From Saccharolobus solfataricus P2 (GTDB lineage: Archaea; Thermoproteota; Thermoprotei_A; Sulfolobales; Sulfolobaceae), in the NCBI RefSeq assembly GCF_000007005.1, contig NC_002754.1: 64,000 nt of DNA; one strand, written 5' to 3'. The notes beneath the pieces were generated by a model. The model was given only the letters and a program-made list of their open reading frames with translations. It was not told where the DNA came from and made no database searches. The position numbers and the translations under genes were made by a program. Below, in pieces: positions 10,901-24,569 of this stretch (positions within the stretch are counted from its first letter, which is position 1; every line of letters begins with the position of its first letter).

Positions 10901-11826
10901 CTTAGTAGAATTGCGATTAGAATTGCATAGATTCCGAAGAGAGATAATCCCTCTTTGACTTTTATGTTTCTATCCTTTATTATTCCTAAAGCCAATAGAC
11001 TCGTAGCTAGTATTAATAAAAGGTATAGAAGTGATGGTCTAAGACTAACTGTCTGAGAAATACCTATTATACTTAAGAGTAGCGTCATGTTTTCCAATTT
11101 ACTGCCTATAAAATTCATTAATGCTGTAGTTGCACTTGATGGCGAATCGGATATCAACTTTATTGCAGTTAAATTTTCCTCTAACTCTGCTGCAATAGGA
11201 GTTATTAGTATTGCTAGGATTAATGGTTGGACATTAAACACACTGGCAATACTGCTTATAGTAGAAATTAGATACTTGGATATAAAAATCAGTGGTAAAC
11301 CTCCTATCATAACATAGGCTAATCCTTTTATTGCATTACCCTTGTTCTTTTCATTTTTTAATATACCTCTATAATTTTTATATCTTCTATAAATATAGTA
11401 TATATAAGGAGAAAGCAAAAAGAGTCCTATGTAGTAGTTTAACTTACCATATACAATTGCTATACCTAAAATTATTACCGCCAAAAGAAATGAACTATAT
11501 TCTATATTTATATCGCTATCTAGAGTAATAATATTAGACTTGTACTTCAGATAATAGAAAATAGAGATAAGCCCTATCCCTAAGGTAAGTAATAATATAT
11601 TTCCACCTAAAGCAGAACCTAACGCAATATCATAAAAACCGTTTAAGACAGCTTGAATCACAATAATAGTTTCCGGCAATGCATTTATGAAACCTAATAT
11701 TAACCCTCCCGCTATTCCTTTGCCGAAAGACCTTTCTAATTCTCGTGTCCCCTTAGCCATTAAAGTAGCTGAAAATGCAACTAAAATAAGTAAGACTATC
11801 AGCTGTAATATTAAAAACCACACCAA
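10888..11826 (-). CDS. Na+/Ca2+ antiporter (CaCA/YrbG-like)
   Basis: Two alpha repeats NALPE…ALGSALGGN and AELEE…NFIGS; highly hydrophobic. Confidence 0.85.
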
Positions 11827-11874
11827 CTTAATTAATATTTATGTTTTACTTCCCTATAAGCTATAATTAAAAAA

Positions 11875-13404
11875 TTACAAGTATTCCCAAATACCTTTCC
11901 CTTTATAATTATAGACTATTGATTTGTAAGCTGTTACATATTGAATTGTATACCCAATCCCCTCTCTGCCAATTCCAGAATCCTTCCTTCCGCCAAACGG
12001 GAAATAGCCAATTCCATGTCTAGGATAATCGTTTATATAAATGGCACCCACTTCTAAGAACCTTTGGAGCTTCCTAATCTTGTTTATATCTTTTCCAAAT
12101 ATTGCCGCGTCTAATCCATATTTTCTACTATTGGAAATTTCTAAAGCCTCGTCAATGTTTTTAACTTTAATTAAAAGCGCTGCGGACGCAAATACCTCCT
12201 TATTATAGAAGTACATGTCCTTAAGGGTCTCTTTTGGTGCCTCTATTAAAACTGGTTCAATATAAGTAGGACCTAATCTCTTACCTCCAAATAATATTTT
12301 CCCACCTTTTTCTACCGCATCTTTTATAGCCTTTTCCCATTCATCAACTGTTTTCACATCTATGACTGGCCCAACAGTGGTTAACGGATCTCTAGGGTCT
12401 CCGACCTTAACGGATTTCGTTAATTCCTTTATAAGCAAATCTTTAAGCGTATCATAAACTTCCTCTTCAACTAGAACTAACTTCACTGAATCACATCTTT
12501 GACCAGTATAACTTATTATTCCAGCTGCTATTCTCTGGGCAGCCCACGCCAAGTCCGCATCACTCAAAACAATAGCCGGGTCTCCTCCACCTAATTCCAT
12601 TATGAATTGTTTGATCCCTGCATTCCTTACTACTTCTTCTCCAGTTTCAGTACTTCCAGTTAATGATATAGCTTGAATCCTCTTATCTCCTACCACCTTA
12701 TTCATATCCCTACCGGGTATTGTAATAATCGCAAACGAATCCTTAGGAAAACTTGCTAATTCCATAACCTTAGCTAACATTAAGATAGGTAATGGGGTTG
12801 ATGACGGAGGTTTAATAATTATCGCATTTCCAATTACGGTAGTATAAACTATTTTATTTACAGTATCAAATAGAGGATAATTAAACGGAACAATTGAAAG
12901 AACAACTCCCACTGGCTCTTTTCTTACAACAGCTTCAGTTTCCAAAGTCTCTGAACTCCAATCACCGGGTACATAGTCTCCTCTTGTCTCTTTAACATCT
13001 AGATCTGCTCGTAGTAACCTTTCTATTGCAGCCTTAACCTCGCCTTCTGCAGCAGACTTAGTTTTACCATTATTAATCATTAGCACATTAACGAAATCTT
13101 CCTTAAATTTATCTAACAAAGACGCCATCTTCTTGTATATATCTAACCTTTTCTCACCTGGTGTATCTCGTATACTCCACCTTCCTTTTCTATATATATG
13201 CTCCAAGGTATCATCTATTTGATTCCAGTTTAATTTAGGAATTTTCCCTATAATATTTAAATCGATTGGACTAATTACATCTTGCCACTCGTCTCCACTG
13301 ATCCACTGACCCGATAGATAGGTCTTAAAGTAAGGCACCCCATCCTTTAGTTCATAGATTTCCATAAGTTCCTTAGACTTTATCAACACTGATGTTTTCT
13401 CCAT
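11875..13404 (-). CDS. gapN: Non-phosphorylating glyceraldehyde-3-phosphate dehydrogenase
   Basis: ALDH motifs PFNYP, TGS, ELGG, GQRC, EVF, FPFGG; last gene of the ED operon. Confidence 0.93.
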
Positions 13405-13443
13405 AATATATATTCATAAATGGAAAAATTTAAATGTTAGACT

Positions 13444-14394
<951 letters not shown>

Positions 14395-15279
14395 CTATTC
14401 TTTCAATATTTTAAGCTCTACAAGTTTCGCCCTTATACCCTCAACTTTCTTAATTAGCTGCCTTTCTTCTTCATCATCTAGTGGGAATATTGGAGGTCTA
14501 GGATATCCTAAATCGTATCCTTGGAAATACTTGGTTAATACGTAATTTGAAGATAAGCTCCCAAATATTCTAGACGCCTCTATTACCTCGTCATGAAGGA
14601 ATTGTAACTTAAGTGCTTCATCAATTTTCCTTTCCATAGCCAATTTCTTAATTGTCACAGTAACCTCTGGAAGATAATTCGAACCTGCTGCAACATTACC
14701 ATCTAAACCCGTAGAAGCTACCGTTGCTATTAACATATCAGAGCCACTATATACTAACATGTTAGGATTTAGACGTTTGTAGTCTAAGGTGTGAATTATG
14801 TTTTCAATAGTATCCTTTACTCCAGTAAAACAGCCTATCTCTTTAGCGACTTTTGCATCTATGTCTTTTCCCGTTGCCGTCGGGTAATTGTACAAATAGA
14901 CAGGGTGTGGAGATACTTCACACAAGGTCTTAAAATACTTTACCAAATGCTTCTCAGACATTCTTGGGTAATAATATGGAGCATACGAGGCTATACCGAC
15001 AATATCAAAGTCTTTACTTAATTTAGCCAATCTTATAGCATCGTCTAGATTCAATCCACCAACTTGAAATATTATCTTATTGGTGACGTCATAAACTGCC
15101 TTTAAGTTCTCTAACTTCTCCTCTGGAGATAACGAAGGACCAAGACCAGTAGTACCGTTGACGAACAACTTATCTATTCCCTTCCTAATGAGATTCTCCG
15201 CATGTATCTTTAATTTTTCCTTATCTATTCTATTATCTTTAGTGAATGGGGTTATGATTGGAGTTATGATTTCTGGCAT
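14395..15279 (-). CDS. kdgA: KD(P)G aldolase, 294 aa; start ATG 15279
   Basis: DHDPS/NAL fold: GTTG, LYNYP, GVKD. MPEIITPIITPF starts 2 bp after the gad stop. Confidence 0.95.
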   Translation of the reverse strand: MPEIITPIITPFTKDNRIDKEKLKIHAENLIRKGIDKLFVNGTTGLGPSLSPEEKLENLKAVYDVTNKIIFQVGGLNLDDAIRLAKLSKDFDIVGIASYAPYYYPRMSEKHLVKYFKTLCEVSPHPVYLYNYPTATGKDIDAKVAKEIGCFTGVKDTIENIIHTLDYKRLNPNMLVYSGSDMLIATVASTGLDGNVAAGSNYLPEVTVTIKKLAMERKIDEALKLQFLHDEVIEASRIFGSLSSNYVLTKYFQGYDLGYPRPPIFPLDDEEERQLIKKVEGIRAKLVELKILKE

Positions 15280-15281
15280 CC

Positions 15282-16469
15282 TCAAACACCATAATTCTTC
15301 CAGGTTCCCTTGACGACCCAAACCGGTTCTTCAATTACATCTAATGGTATTGGTTCAGCTCTTAGCTGTTCTATTATTTTTTCATTAATTGAAACACCTA
15401 GTCCAGGCTTGTATGGAACCTTAACGTGACCTCCTTCAACTGGCGTTTCATTATATACTAAATCCCTTTTCCACTGAGGGAACCAATCATAGAAGTTCTC
15501 AAGTAAATACAAATTCTGTGTAACTGCACTTAGTTGTATTTCAACTGCATTCTGTATTGAACCAAAGGCGTTGTGAAAAGCCACCTCTACATCATTAGCT
15601 TCAGCTATTTTTATAACACTCCTACCTACTGTTACACCACCTATATTAGTTAAATCTGGTTGCAATATGTTTACAAGACCTTCCTCAACGTAAAACGCAG
15701 TTTCCTTTTCACTTATCAGTCTTTCTCCCAATGCAACCCTTAAATGAGTACTGGCTTTATACTTTCTTAAACCAATTACGTCCTCATGATGTACCGGTTC
15801 CTCCATAAATCCCGGATTGTATTTTTCCAATCTTTTCGCTATCATAATAGCCGAATTCGCATTAAACCTACCGTGATGCTCTATTAAAATATCCACGTTG
15901 TCTCCAACTGCCTCTCTAACAGCCTTTACTCTCTCCTCAGCTTCTCTTAGACCTCTCTCATCTATCCAATCGTAATATGGACCAAACGGATCAAATTTTA
16001 AAGCCTTATATCCCATCTTTACAACGTCTTTTGCCTTTTCCGCAAATTCCTCTGGAGTTACGCAGTCCTGATACCATCCGTTTGCGTAGACTGGTACCCT
16101 ATCCCTGGTTTTTCCTCCTAATAATTTATGAATTGGTGCTCCAAGCTCTTTCCCTATTATATCCCATGAGGCTATATCGATTGCACTTACTGCAGTTGCT
16201 GATTCAAAAGACCTAGCTAAATAGAAATCTTGTTTATACCATTCATGATAGTTCTTCTCAACTTCCTCTACCTCTTTCCCTATATAAGCCTTACTAACTT
16301 GTTTAATTGCGTTATATACAGATATAACTCTTAGTGTGGGTACTGCCTCACCATAGCCTACTTCCCCATTTTCCGTAATGACCCTTGTGACAATCATTAT
16401 AGATGCCCAAGTTGCACTTCCTTTCTCTTTCGAGGTGAGTACTATTGGTTCTATTTCTCTGATTCTCAT
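15282..16469 (-). CDS. gad: Gluconate dehydratase (enolase superfamily)
   Basis: KFDPF, EHHG, MEEP, LGER, FHN motifs; first gene of the ED operon. Confidence 0.95.
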
Positions 16470-16505
16470 AAACTATATTTTGGGTAGCAAATATAAACTT
16501 ACATA

Positions 16506-16892
16506 ATGGCAAGAATCAGCGATAAAGACTTAATAAAATTTGTAGGATATATTATAAGGATCATTCTATTCTTTGGAATAGGAGTACAAATTATAATAAC
16601 TGTGTATGATATAGTAACTAGCATATTTTCCCTAAATTTGTTGGATTTAGTAAACGCGACAATAACGGGTCCATTACTAATTTTGGTGTTAATAGAATTA
16701 TACATAGCAGTAAACAGTTATTTAACTGGAAAAGAAAGAAGCATAATTAACGTAATTGATGCTGGCATATCGTTTTTCGTTAGGGAACTAATCCTTGAGC
16801 TGTTCTCCCACAATTACACTATAACTAATATATTTATAATAGCAGGCATAGTAGGAATATTATCGTTCTCTAGATTTATCGCAAACCGTTGA
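16506..16892 (+). CDS. PsiE-like small membrane protein
   Basis: LIEL…Y…IDAGISFFVRELI pattern; 4 TM segments. Confidence 0.65.
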   Translation: MARISDKDLIKFVGYIIRIILFFGIGVQIIITVYDIVTSIFSLNLLDLVNATITGPLLILVLIELYIAVNSYLTGKERSIINVIDAGISFFVRELILELFSHNYTITNIFIIAGIVGILSFSRFIANR

Positions 16893-17246
16893 ACAAAGTT
16901 CTTGTAAATCGTTTACAATAAACAAATGAGATTTTGCGTCTTTATCATCACTAGAACCAAATTCTTCTATAAATGCATTATTTTTACTAAATAACAAGGC
17001 TAATTCTTTCTCCCCAACGTGATTCATCACAAATACTCCTATTGGTTCACAAGCTTTTGTTAAGTAGTCTATATGCCAGTGATAGTTGCTCTTTTCTTTA
17101 TTAAAATGTCTACTCACACGTCTACCACAAGATCTTCCACACGATCCAACATAGGCATAAACACCTTTCCTTATTAAAAACTTCTTGCTCTTGGTCCTTA
17201 TAGTCGTATCAGTTTTGCATTTAATTAGCAGAATGTAACTTTTCAT
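16860..17246 (-). CDS. DUF123 / GIY-YIG-like putative nuclease
   Basis: YAYVGS…RVSRH…HWHIDYL…FGSSD. Confidence 0.75.
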   Translation of the reverse strand: MKSYILLIKCKTDTTIRTKSKKFLIRKGVYAYVGSCGRSCGRRVSRHFNKEKSNYHWHIDYLTKACEPIGVFVMNHVGEKELALLFSKNNAFIEEFGSSDDKDAKSHLFIVNDLQELCSTVCDKSRER

Positions 17247-17842
17247 AGAACTGGTCTCCTTCTCAAATGCTTACCTCCTTGACCTTTAAACCGCTCTTCC
17301 TCCCATACGTTTCCTCTTTCATGATATCCCCTTTCCTCCCAGTATCCATCAACATAATCCTTTATGAACTCTATTTCAGTTAGCCACTTTGCGCTTTTCC
17401 ACGCATATAAATGAGGAATTATTGGCCTAGCTGGAAAACCATGCTTTAAAGGTAACTTTTCACCATTCATAAACAACGCTACAATTACATTATCTTTTAG
17501 CAAATCTTCAAACGGTATTATTGATGTATAACCATCTAAACTGTAGAACATCACCCAGTTCACCTTATTTTTCACCTTGGCCATTTCAATCAATAACTTA
17601 AAGGGAATCCCCTCCCATTTAACACTCTTTATTGACCAGCCCGTTACACAATGGAAATCCTCGACTATTTCTTTCCTTGGTAGTTTCATTAATTCTTCAT
17701 ACGTAAATGACAGAGAATTTTCTACTTCTCCACTGACTTTTAGCCTATATGTTTCTAAGTTAACCTCTGGTATACCAAACTCAGCGTACACTATAAAGTT
17801 CTTTATGTATTTTTGATTTGGTGGTCTCTGAACTTCTTGCAT
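17243..17842 (-). CDS. Sulfite oxidase-family molybdoenzyme (MsrP/YedY-like, no signal peptide)
   Basis: [27 protein letters not shown]. Confidence 0.9.
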   Translation of the reverse strand: MQEVQRPPNQKYIKNFIVYAEFGIPEVNLETYRLKVSGEVENSLSFTYEELMKLPRKEIVEDFHCVTGWSIKSVKWEGIPFKLLIEMAKVKNKVNWVMFYSLDGYTSIIPFEDLLKDNVIVALFMNGEKLPLKHGFPARPIIPHLYAWKSAKWLTEIEFIKDYVDGYWEERGYHERGNVWEEERFKGQGGKHLRRRPVL

Positions 17843-17891
17843 AATCTTTATTGTGAAATTACGTTTAAAAAATTGTGTTAGAAATATTTAC

Positions 17892-19640
17892 TCATGAATT
17901 CTTAACGGTACTTAACTCCCTCTTATACGCTTCTATAATTCCATCGTATGTTAAAATTCCTAGAAACTTACCCTTATCCACAACTGCAACCCACCTAGTC
18001 TTGTTAGTAGCCATCACCTCTAATGCGTGTTCCAATGTGGATGTTAAAGATACGGAAGGAGAACCCCTAGTTATATATTTTCCCAGTTGGGATTCTGGAT
18101 CAACCTTTTCTAAATCTCTTAAATAGACTACGCCTAGAAATGTATTATCATAATTAACCACCGGTAGACTCATAAAACTGTTCTCAATCATTATTCTTAT
18201 AGCTTTATCCACCTTATCATCAGCGTGAACCTTTATATCTTTCAATTCACAATTTTCCACACGTATAGTAGCCATTAATGGAGTTTCATATTCAGCTTTA
18301 TGAGCTGGGGAGTCCCTTCTCGTTGGCAGTTGAGAAATATATATTGTACTATTTCCGGAAACTAAATAGGAAATAGCGACAGCAACCATAGCACCCGGCA
18401 GTAACTGAAGACTTGAGGTCATTTCTGTTACCATTATTAGAACTGATAAGGGGACCTTTCCCGCCCCAGCAAAGAAGCTCATCATACCTATGATAACGAA
18501 TGGAGCTATGTCGGGCACAACGCTTGGAAATAAATAGTGGAACATTAATCCAATACTTGCGCCTATATATGCACCTATAAATAACCCCGGAGCGAAAACT
18601 CCACCACTGCCACCAGAACCTACAGAGAATGAAGTCGCTATGATTTTTAAAAATGGTAATATTACTATTAATATAATCGCCGGGAGCACTGGGGAATATA
18701 GTGCGAAAAACTTCTCATATTCCACCAGGTTAATCCAACCGTACCCAGTGCCAAGGATCTCTGGAGCTAATAATGCAATTACTCCAGTGACAAGCCCACC
18801 TATTGCTGGTTTCACGTGATCGGTTATTCGTAATTTTTTAAAGAGCGAATTAATTCCATAGAAGGTCTTAGGATATAATATTGCCACTAAACCAGAAACT
18901 AGGCCTAAGACTGCATACATTGGCAACCTTAGTGGGTCAAAAGTTCCAGTGTAATAACCGAAAACTGGCGTAAAACCAAATATACTTCCGAAAATGGTAT
19001 AACCTATTGCTGAGGCTATTAATGCAGGATATATTACTTCTGGTTCTAAATCCCTCCTATATAGAATTTCAGCGGCTAAGATAGCCCCTCCAATTGGTGT
19101 TTTAAAGATTGTACCTATTCCAGCTCCAATGCCTACAGCTACTGCCCTTCTTCTATCCTCTGGACTAAGATGTAGTAAGTCAGCAATAACAGAGCCTACT
19201 CCAGCTGAAAACTGCGCAGTTGGTCCTTCTCTACCTGCACTACCTCCAGAACCTATTGTAATAGCGGAAGCTATTATTTTAACTGGAATAACTACCCATT
19301 TTACCTTGCCTTGAAAATAATGATAAGCCTTTATTGCTGCATCCGTACCATGTCCCTCAGCCTCTGGGGCGAAAGTATAAACGATTAGTCCAGAAATTAA
19401 ACCGCCAATCGCTGTTGAAATGGGTATAAGAAGGTAGTTCCCGGGATGAAAGACAAAATTTAATGTTCCTCCCTCACCAAGTGGTCTAGGATAACTCATC
19501 CCAATAAGATGAAATAAAAATATGTCCTCAAACACATGTAATAGTAAGTAGAATGTAGTTGCTGCTAGCCCTGCTACTACACCTAAAACTATTCCTAGGA
19601 TAAACCACTTCTCGAAATAGGGTAATGAGGATAAGTTCAT
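17892..19640 (-). CDS. ClC chloride channel/antiporter with C-terminal CBS domains; likely start 19640
   Basis: [19 protein letters not shown] motifs followed by a CBS pair. Confidence 0.92.
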   Translation of the reverse strand: MNLSSLPYFEKWFILGIVLGVVAGLAATTFYLLLHVFEDIFLFHLIGMSYPRPLGEGGTLNFVFHPGNYLLIPISTAIGGLISGLIVYTFAPEAEGHGTDAAIKAYHYFQGKVKWVVIPVKIIASAITIGSGGSAGREGPTAQFSAGVGSVIADLLHLSPEDRRRAVAVGIGAGIGTIFKTPIGGAILAAEILYRRDLEPEVIYPALIASAIGYTIFGSIFGFTPVFGYYTGTFDPLRLPMYAVLGLVSGLVAILYPKTFYGINSLFKKLRITDHVKPAIGGLVTGVIALLAPEILGTGYGWINLVEYEKFFALYSPVLPAIILIVILPFLKIIATSFSVGSGGSGGVFAPGLFIGAYIGASIGLMFHYLFPSVVPDIAPFVIIGMMSFFAGAGKVPLSVLIMVTEMTSSLQLLPGAMVAVAISYLVSGNSTIYISQLPTRRDSPAHKAEYETPLMATIRVENCELKDIKVHADDKVDKAIRIMIENSFMSLPVVNYDNTFLGVVYLRDLEKVDPESQLGKYITRGSPSVSLTSTLEHALEVMATNKTRWVAVVDKGKFLGILTYDGIIEAYKRELSTVKNS

Positions 19641-19779
19641 ATCATATAAAAGGATATTAATAATAAAACTTTGACTCACTATTAGATAACGATCCAGTAT
19701 TTATATCAATGTACACTTTTTAAGTTTATAATTACAATTAATACTAAGTAAAGTTTTTTAATATCATACAAACACTTTT

Positions 19780-19793
19780 ATATGATATCATAT
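19780..19793. promoter_or_regulatory. Perfect 14-bp palindrome overlapping the acs start codon
   Basis: ATATGATATCATAT; partial copy AATATCATA at about 19760. Confidence 0.4.
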
Positions 19794-21750
19794 GGTACAA
19801 GAAATTACAGAAAATATTAAAGAAATAGAGGAAAAAGTTGATTATAATACAAGGATTTATAGAGAAATTTATAGGGAAAGCATAGAGAACCCAGGTAAAT
19901 TCTGGGGTAAATTAGGTGAGGATTTAATTGACTGGTTTGAACCTTGGAAGGAGATCTATAAGCAAGAAACTCTTACAAAGTGGTTCTTAGGAGGAAAACT
20001 AAACGCAAGTTATAATGCAATTGATAGACATTTGAACAGTAGTAGAAAGTTTAAAGCCGCGATAATTTGGGAATCTGAAAAAGGGGAGAGAAAAATACTT
20101 ACCTATCAAGACTTATTTTACGAAGTTAATAGATGGGCTAATGCGTTAAAGCAATTAGGTGTAAAAAAAGGTGACAGGGTTACAATTTACATGCCTTTAA
20201 CCCCAGAAGGAGTTACAGCAATGTTAGCGTGTGCCAGAATAGGTGCAATTCACAGTGTGGTATTTGCTGGTTTTGGTTCCCAAGCGTTAGCCGATAGAAT
20301 TGCCGATGCACAATCGAAGATTGTCATTACTGCAGACGGATATTATAGAAAGGGTAGACTCATAGAGCTTAAGAAGACCGTTGATGATGCTTTATCGAAA
20401 TTACAAGATAATTCCGTAAAGAATATTATAATATTTAGGAGGATTGGGATAGAAATTCCATTTAAAGAAGGAAGAGATGTGTTTTTTGATGAAATAGGAA
20501 AGTATAAATATATCGAACCAGAACCAGTAGAGGCCACTCATCCGTTATTCATCCTTTATACTTCTGGGACTACCGGTAAACCTAAGGGTATAGTACACTC
20601 AACTGGTGGATATCTTGTAGGCACAGCTACAATGTTGTTATGGAGTTATGGATTAAGCCAAGAAAATGATGTATTATTCAATACTTCAGACATTGGCTGG
20701 ATTGTAGGACACTCATACATAACATATTCACCGCTCGTGATGGGTAGAAGTGTAGTAATATATGAGAGTGCACCTGATTATCCAACTCCCGATAAATGGG
20801 CTGAACTAATTGAGAAGTATAAGGCTACGACTTTTGGAACTTCTGCAACATTCTTAAGGTATCTGATGAAATATGGTGAAGATTACATTAAAGCTCATGA
20901 CTTATCCTCGCTTAGAATAATAGTAACAAATGGAGAACCGCTAAATTACGCTCCGTGGAAATATGGGTTAGAAATTATAGGTAAGGGTAGGGTGTTTATG
21001 TCACATCAGTGGTGGCAAACTGAGACTGGAGCTCCGAATTTAGGTTACATGCCGGGATATCCAATCTTCTTAACCATGAAATCTGGCCCAGCGTCCGGTT
21101 TCCCATTACCGGGTAATAAAATAAAAGTTGTCGACGAAAATGGAAATCCGACCAGGCCTAGAGAGAGAGGTTACCTAATAATTGAACCACCATTTCCACC
21201 AATGATGATGATAGGTATGTGGAACGACGATGGAAATGAGAGGGTTATTAAGACTTACTTTAGTAAATTCCCCAACTTATATTATACTGGAGACTTTGCC
21301 ATGATAGATGAAGATGGATACGTGTGGGTATCTGGAAGAGCAGATGAGACATTGAAGATAGCTGGGCATAGAATAGGAGCAGGTGAAGTTGAGTCTGCAA
21401 TAACCTCGCACCCTGCAGTAGCAGAGGCAGCTGTAATAGGCATTCCAGATCCAGTGAAAGGAGAGATCGCTCACGCATTCGTTGTGTTAAAACAAGGGTA
21501 TCATCAAAACAATGAGTTATCTAAGGAAATACAAGAACATGTGAGGAAAATTATGGGGCCCATAGTATTATTAGAGGTACATTTCGTTAATGCGTTACCT
21601 AAAACTAGGTCTGGTAAAGTAATGAGAAGAGTAATAAAAGCTGTTATGACGGGATCTAATATAGGAGATATTTCGACGTTAGAAGATGAGGCATCAATGG
21701 AAGAAATTAAAAAAGCTATAGAGGTATTGAGAAGACAGTTAAACCCATGA
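19792..21750 (+). CDS. acs: AMP-forming acetyl-CoA synthetase
   Basis: [33 protein letters not shown]. Confidence 0.96.
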
Positions 21751-22821
21751 AATTACTGTCTTTATTTCTCCCTTGGGTTTTGTATATAATACTTCTGGAG
21801 CTTGCTCTGGTTTAATAACTCTAGTTATCATTCTATTTAATACACTTGGATATCTATATTTCCAGATTGTAAGATAATTCACACCGTTTTCAAAGTCCTT
21901 CTTACTGGCATTAACACTCCCAAATAATAAAATGTTATTTTCTACAAGATATGTTATTAAATCAGCATTAACCTCAAATTTCTCTCCACCGGTAGTGCCA
22001 AATAGTATAATTGCTGAGTTCTTGTTTAACCTACTCATTAGGGGAATAAACGCTGATGGATACCCTGAAGTGTCTATAAGTAAGTCTATTGTATTAGGTA
22101 GTCGATCTTTATTAGTATTTATAAATTTAGCATTGCTCTTCTCTACGATCTCAGCCTCAATTGGAAAAGGATCTCTCTTATTCAAAACAAATGCATTAAA
22201 ACCTTGAATAGAGAACATTAAGGAAAACATGAGACCTATTGGCCCAGATCCTACTATTGCAACATTTCTACAATTATAACTGCCGTCCTTACACCACCAT
22301 GTCATTCTTCTTTGCACTAGCATTAGCTCACTATAAGCCTTTACCACATTGGAAAGTGGCTCAAGCAAAACTGCGATATCAACTATTTCATCTGGTATTT
22401 TAACTAAATAGCTTGCATTATCTATATAAAATTCCCTCATAAAACCGTCTAAACCTCTAATTCCAGCTTCCACAAATTCCCCAGTTTCACAAAAATCTTG
22501 CCTTCCAGCTAAACAATTGGAACACTTTCCACATCCCCTTCTAACTATCGAGACTACGTAGTCGCCTTTACCTAAGCCATGTACCTCTGGTCCCTTATCA
22601 ATCACTTGACCCAAATTTTCATGTCCTAACACTAAATCATTTTTTCCATTTGGTGGTCGAGAGAATTTCAATAAGCCAGAAACAATACCACGATCAGTTC
22701 CACAAATGCCATTTGCTATCGTTTTAACTAAAACTTCATCTGCGGTGAGTGATCGATGTATATCGTTTATCTCTTTAACATGCACTCCTTTGTTTGGTGG
22801 ATTAACTACTATTGCCTTCAT
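21739..22821 (-). CDS. gdh: Zn-dependent glucose dehydrogenase (MDR family)
   Basis: GICGTD, GHE, CGKCSNC…[18 protein letters not shown]; near the ED operon. Confidence 0.88.
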
Positions 22822-23179
22822 AAAAGTATAATCGCATTTAAATTTTTAAACGTAGGAGAACTTAATACCAATTATGAATTTAGTTATCTCACGCTTAAGG
22901 ATTATAGGAAGCTAATATCTATCGCTATGTTGTAATGGAGATTATCGCTATAGTCAGCAGTTTTAGATAAATATTGTTGGTTCATTTAATGTAATTGTGC
23001 TAGGTGCTTCACCAAATGTGGACTTGTCCCAAATACTTGGTGCTAAAAAACGCAAGATGCGTAGTTTCTCGGCATCCGTAAACTGACGTTAGTTAGGAGT
23101 TCTCTGCAACAAATCCTATGATAGAATTTTGAGTATAGTATTTGTTAGCTACTTATATAGGTTATTCCGCTAATGGGCG

Positions 23180-23275
23180 AAAAGGATGAAGGGAATAAGA
23201 GTCCGTGACTTTGGTGAATCCAAAGGGCTGAGAGTTGGATTCATGAAAATTCAACGAAGCCAAAATCCCTAAAAA
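23180..23275 (+). other. Nested-hairpin block: candidate structured ncRNA or IS-end remnant
   Basis: Outer stem AGGGA/TCCCT (23190-94/23266-70), hairpin CTTTGG/CCAAAG (23209-25), hairpin GGCT..GTTGGATT/AATTCAAC..AGCC (23226-61), upstream TTATATA 23153-59. Confidence 0.4.
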
Positions 23276-23330
23276 CCCTCTTTATTTATCGTAAACACAT
23301 ATTTATAAAGTAAGGTAATAGATAATAAAT

Positions 23331-24164
23331 GTGAATATAGAGACTTTAATGATAAAAAATCCACCAATACTATCTAAAGAGGATAGATTAGGCTCAGCGT
23401 TTAAGAAAATAAATGAAGGAGGAATAGGTAGAATAATTGTAGCTAATGAAAAAATAGAAGGACTGTTGACAACTAGAGACCTTTTATCTACTGTAGAATC
23501 GTATTGCAAAGACAGTTGCAGCCAAGGCGACCTGTATCATATTTCTACTACGCCGATAATAGATTACATGACTCCTAACCCTGTTACAGTTTACAATACA
23601 AGTGATGAGTTCACTGCAATAAACATAATGGTTACGAGGAATTTCGGATCATTGCCGGTAGTTGATATAAATGATAAACCCGTGGGAATTGTGACGGAGA
23701 GAGAATTCTTACTGCTTTACAAGGATCTAGACGAGATATTCCCAGTAAAGGTTTTTATGTCAACTAAAGTTCAGACTATTTATAAGGAAGTTAGGTTAGA
23801 CCAAGCGGTTAAGTTGATGTTGAGGAGGGGATTTAGAAGATTGCCCGTCATTGACGATGATAATAAGGTAGTAGGAATAGTAACTGTCGTAAATGCTATT
23901 AAGCAGTTAGCTAAGGCGGTAGATAAATTGGATCCGGATTACTTCTATGGCAAGGTAGTAAAAGACGTCATGGTCACAAACTTAGTGACTATTGATGAGC
24001 TAGCCTCGGTTAATAGAGCAGCAGCAGAAATGATTGTAAAGAGAATAGGTTCCCTATTAATATTGAACAAGGATAATACCATAAGAGGTATAATCACTGA
24101 AAGAGATTTGTTAATAGCTTTACATCATATTCTTGTTATGGAGAAATTTAAGGAAAAACTTTAA
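23331..24164 (+). CDS. Four-CBS-domain protein
   Basis: Repeated CBS motifs (MTPNPVTV, LPVVD, GIVTERE, GIITERD); GTG start. Confidence 0.92.
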   Translation: MNIETLMIKNPPILSKEDRLGSAFKKINEGGIGRIIVANEKIEGLLTTRDLLSTVESYCKDSCSQGDLYHISTTPIIDYMTPNPVTVYNTSDEFTAINIMVTRNFGSLPVVDINDKPVGIVTEREFLLLYKDLDEIFPVKVFMSTKVQTIYKEVRLDQAVKLMLRRGFRRLPVIDDDNKVVGIVTVVNAIKQLAKAVDKLDPDYFYGKVVKDVMVTNLVTIDELASVNRAAAEMIVKRIGSLLILNKDNTIRGIITERDLLIALHHILVMEKFKEKL

Positions 24165-24188
24165 ACTATTTTCGATTTAGTAATTCAC

Positions 24189-24569
24189 ATGAAGGAAATA
24201 ATTTTCACGGAGAAAGCTCCTAAGCCAATAGGTCCATACTCTCAAGGAGTGAAGGTTGGAGATATACTTTACGTATCAGGACAAATTCCAGTAGATCCTA
24301 AAACTAACGAAGTAGTAGGCAAAAACATAGAAGAACAGACAATTAGGGTTATTGAAAACATAAAAGCTGTTCTAGAAGCAGCAGGTTATATGTTAGATGA
24401 CGTAGTAATGTCCTTTGTTTATCTAAAAGATATAAAGGACTTTCAAAGATTTAATGAAGTTTATTCGAAATATTTCAGTAATAAACCTCCCGCGAGAGTT
24501 ACTGTAGAAGTTTCAAGATTACCAAGAGACGTATTAATAGAAATAACTGTTATAGCTCAGAAGAGTTAA
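24189..24569 (+). CDS. ridA: RidA/YjgF enamine deaminase
   Basis: [31 protein letters not shown]. Confidence 0.95.
   Translation: MKEIIFTEKAPKPIGPYSQGVKVGDILYVSGQIPVDPKTNEVVGKNIEEQTIRVIENIKAVLEAAGYMLDDVVMSFVYLKDIKDFQRFNEVYSKYFSNKPPARVTVEVSRLPRDVLIEITVIAQKS

Noticed and set aside
15279-15321. N-terminal extensions in the ORF track (kdgA, and similarly 6875, 19679, 31202, 35027, 46876, 56484)
   Set aside because: They overlap neighbouring genes or promoters, and the recognisable domain begins at a downstream ATG.
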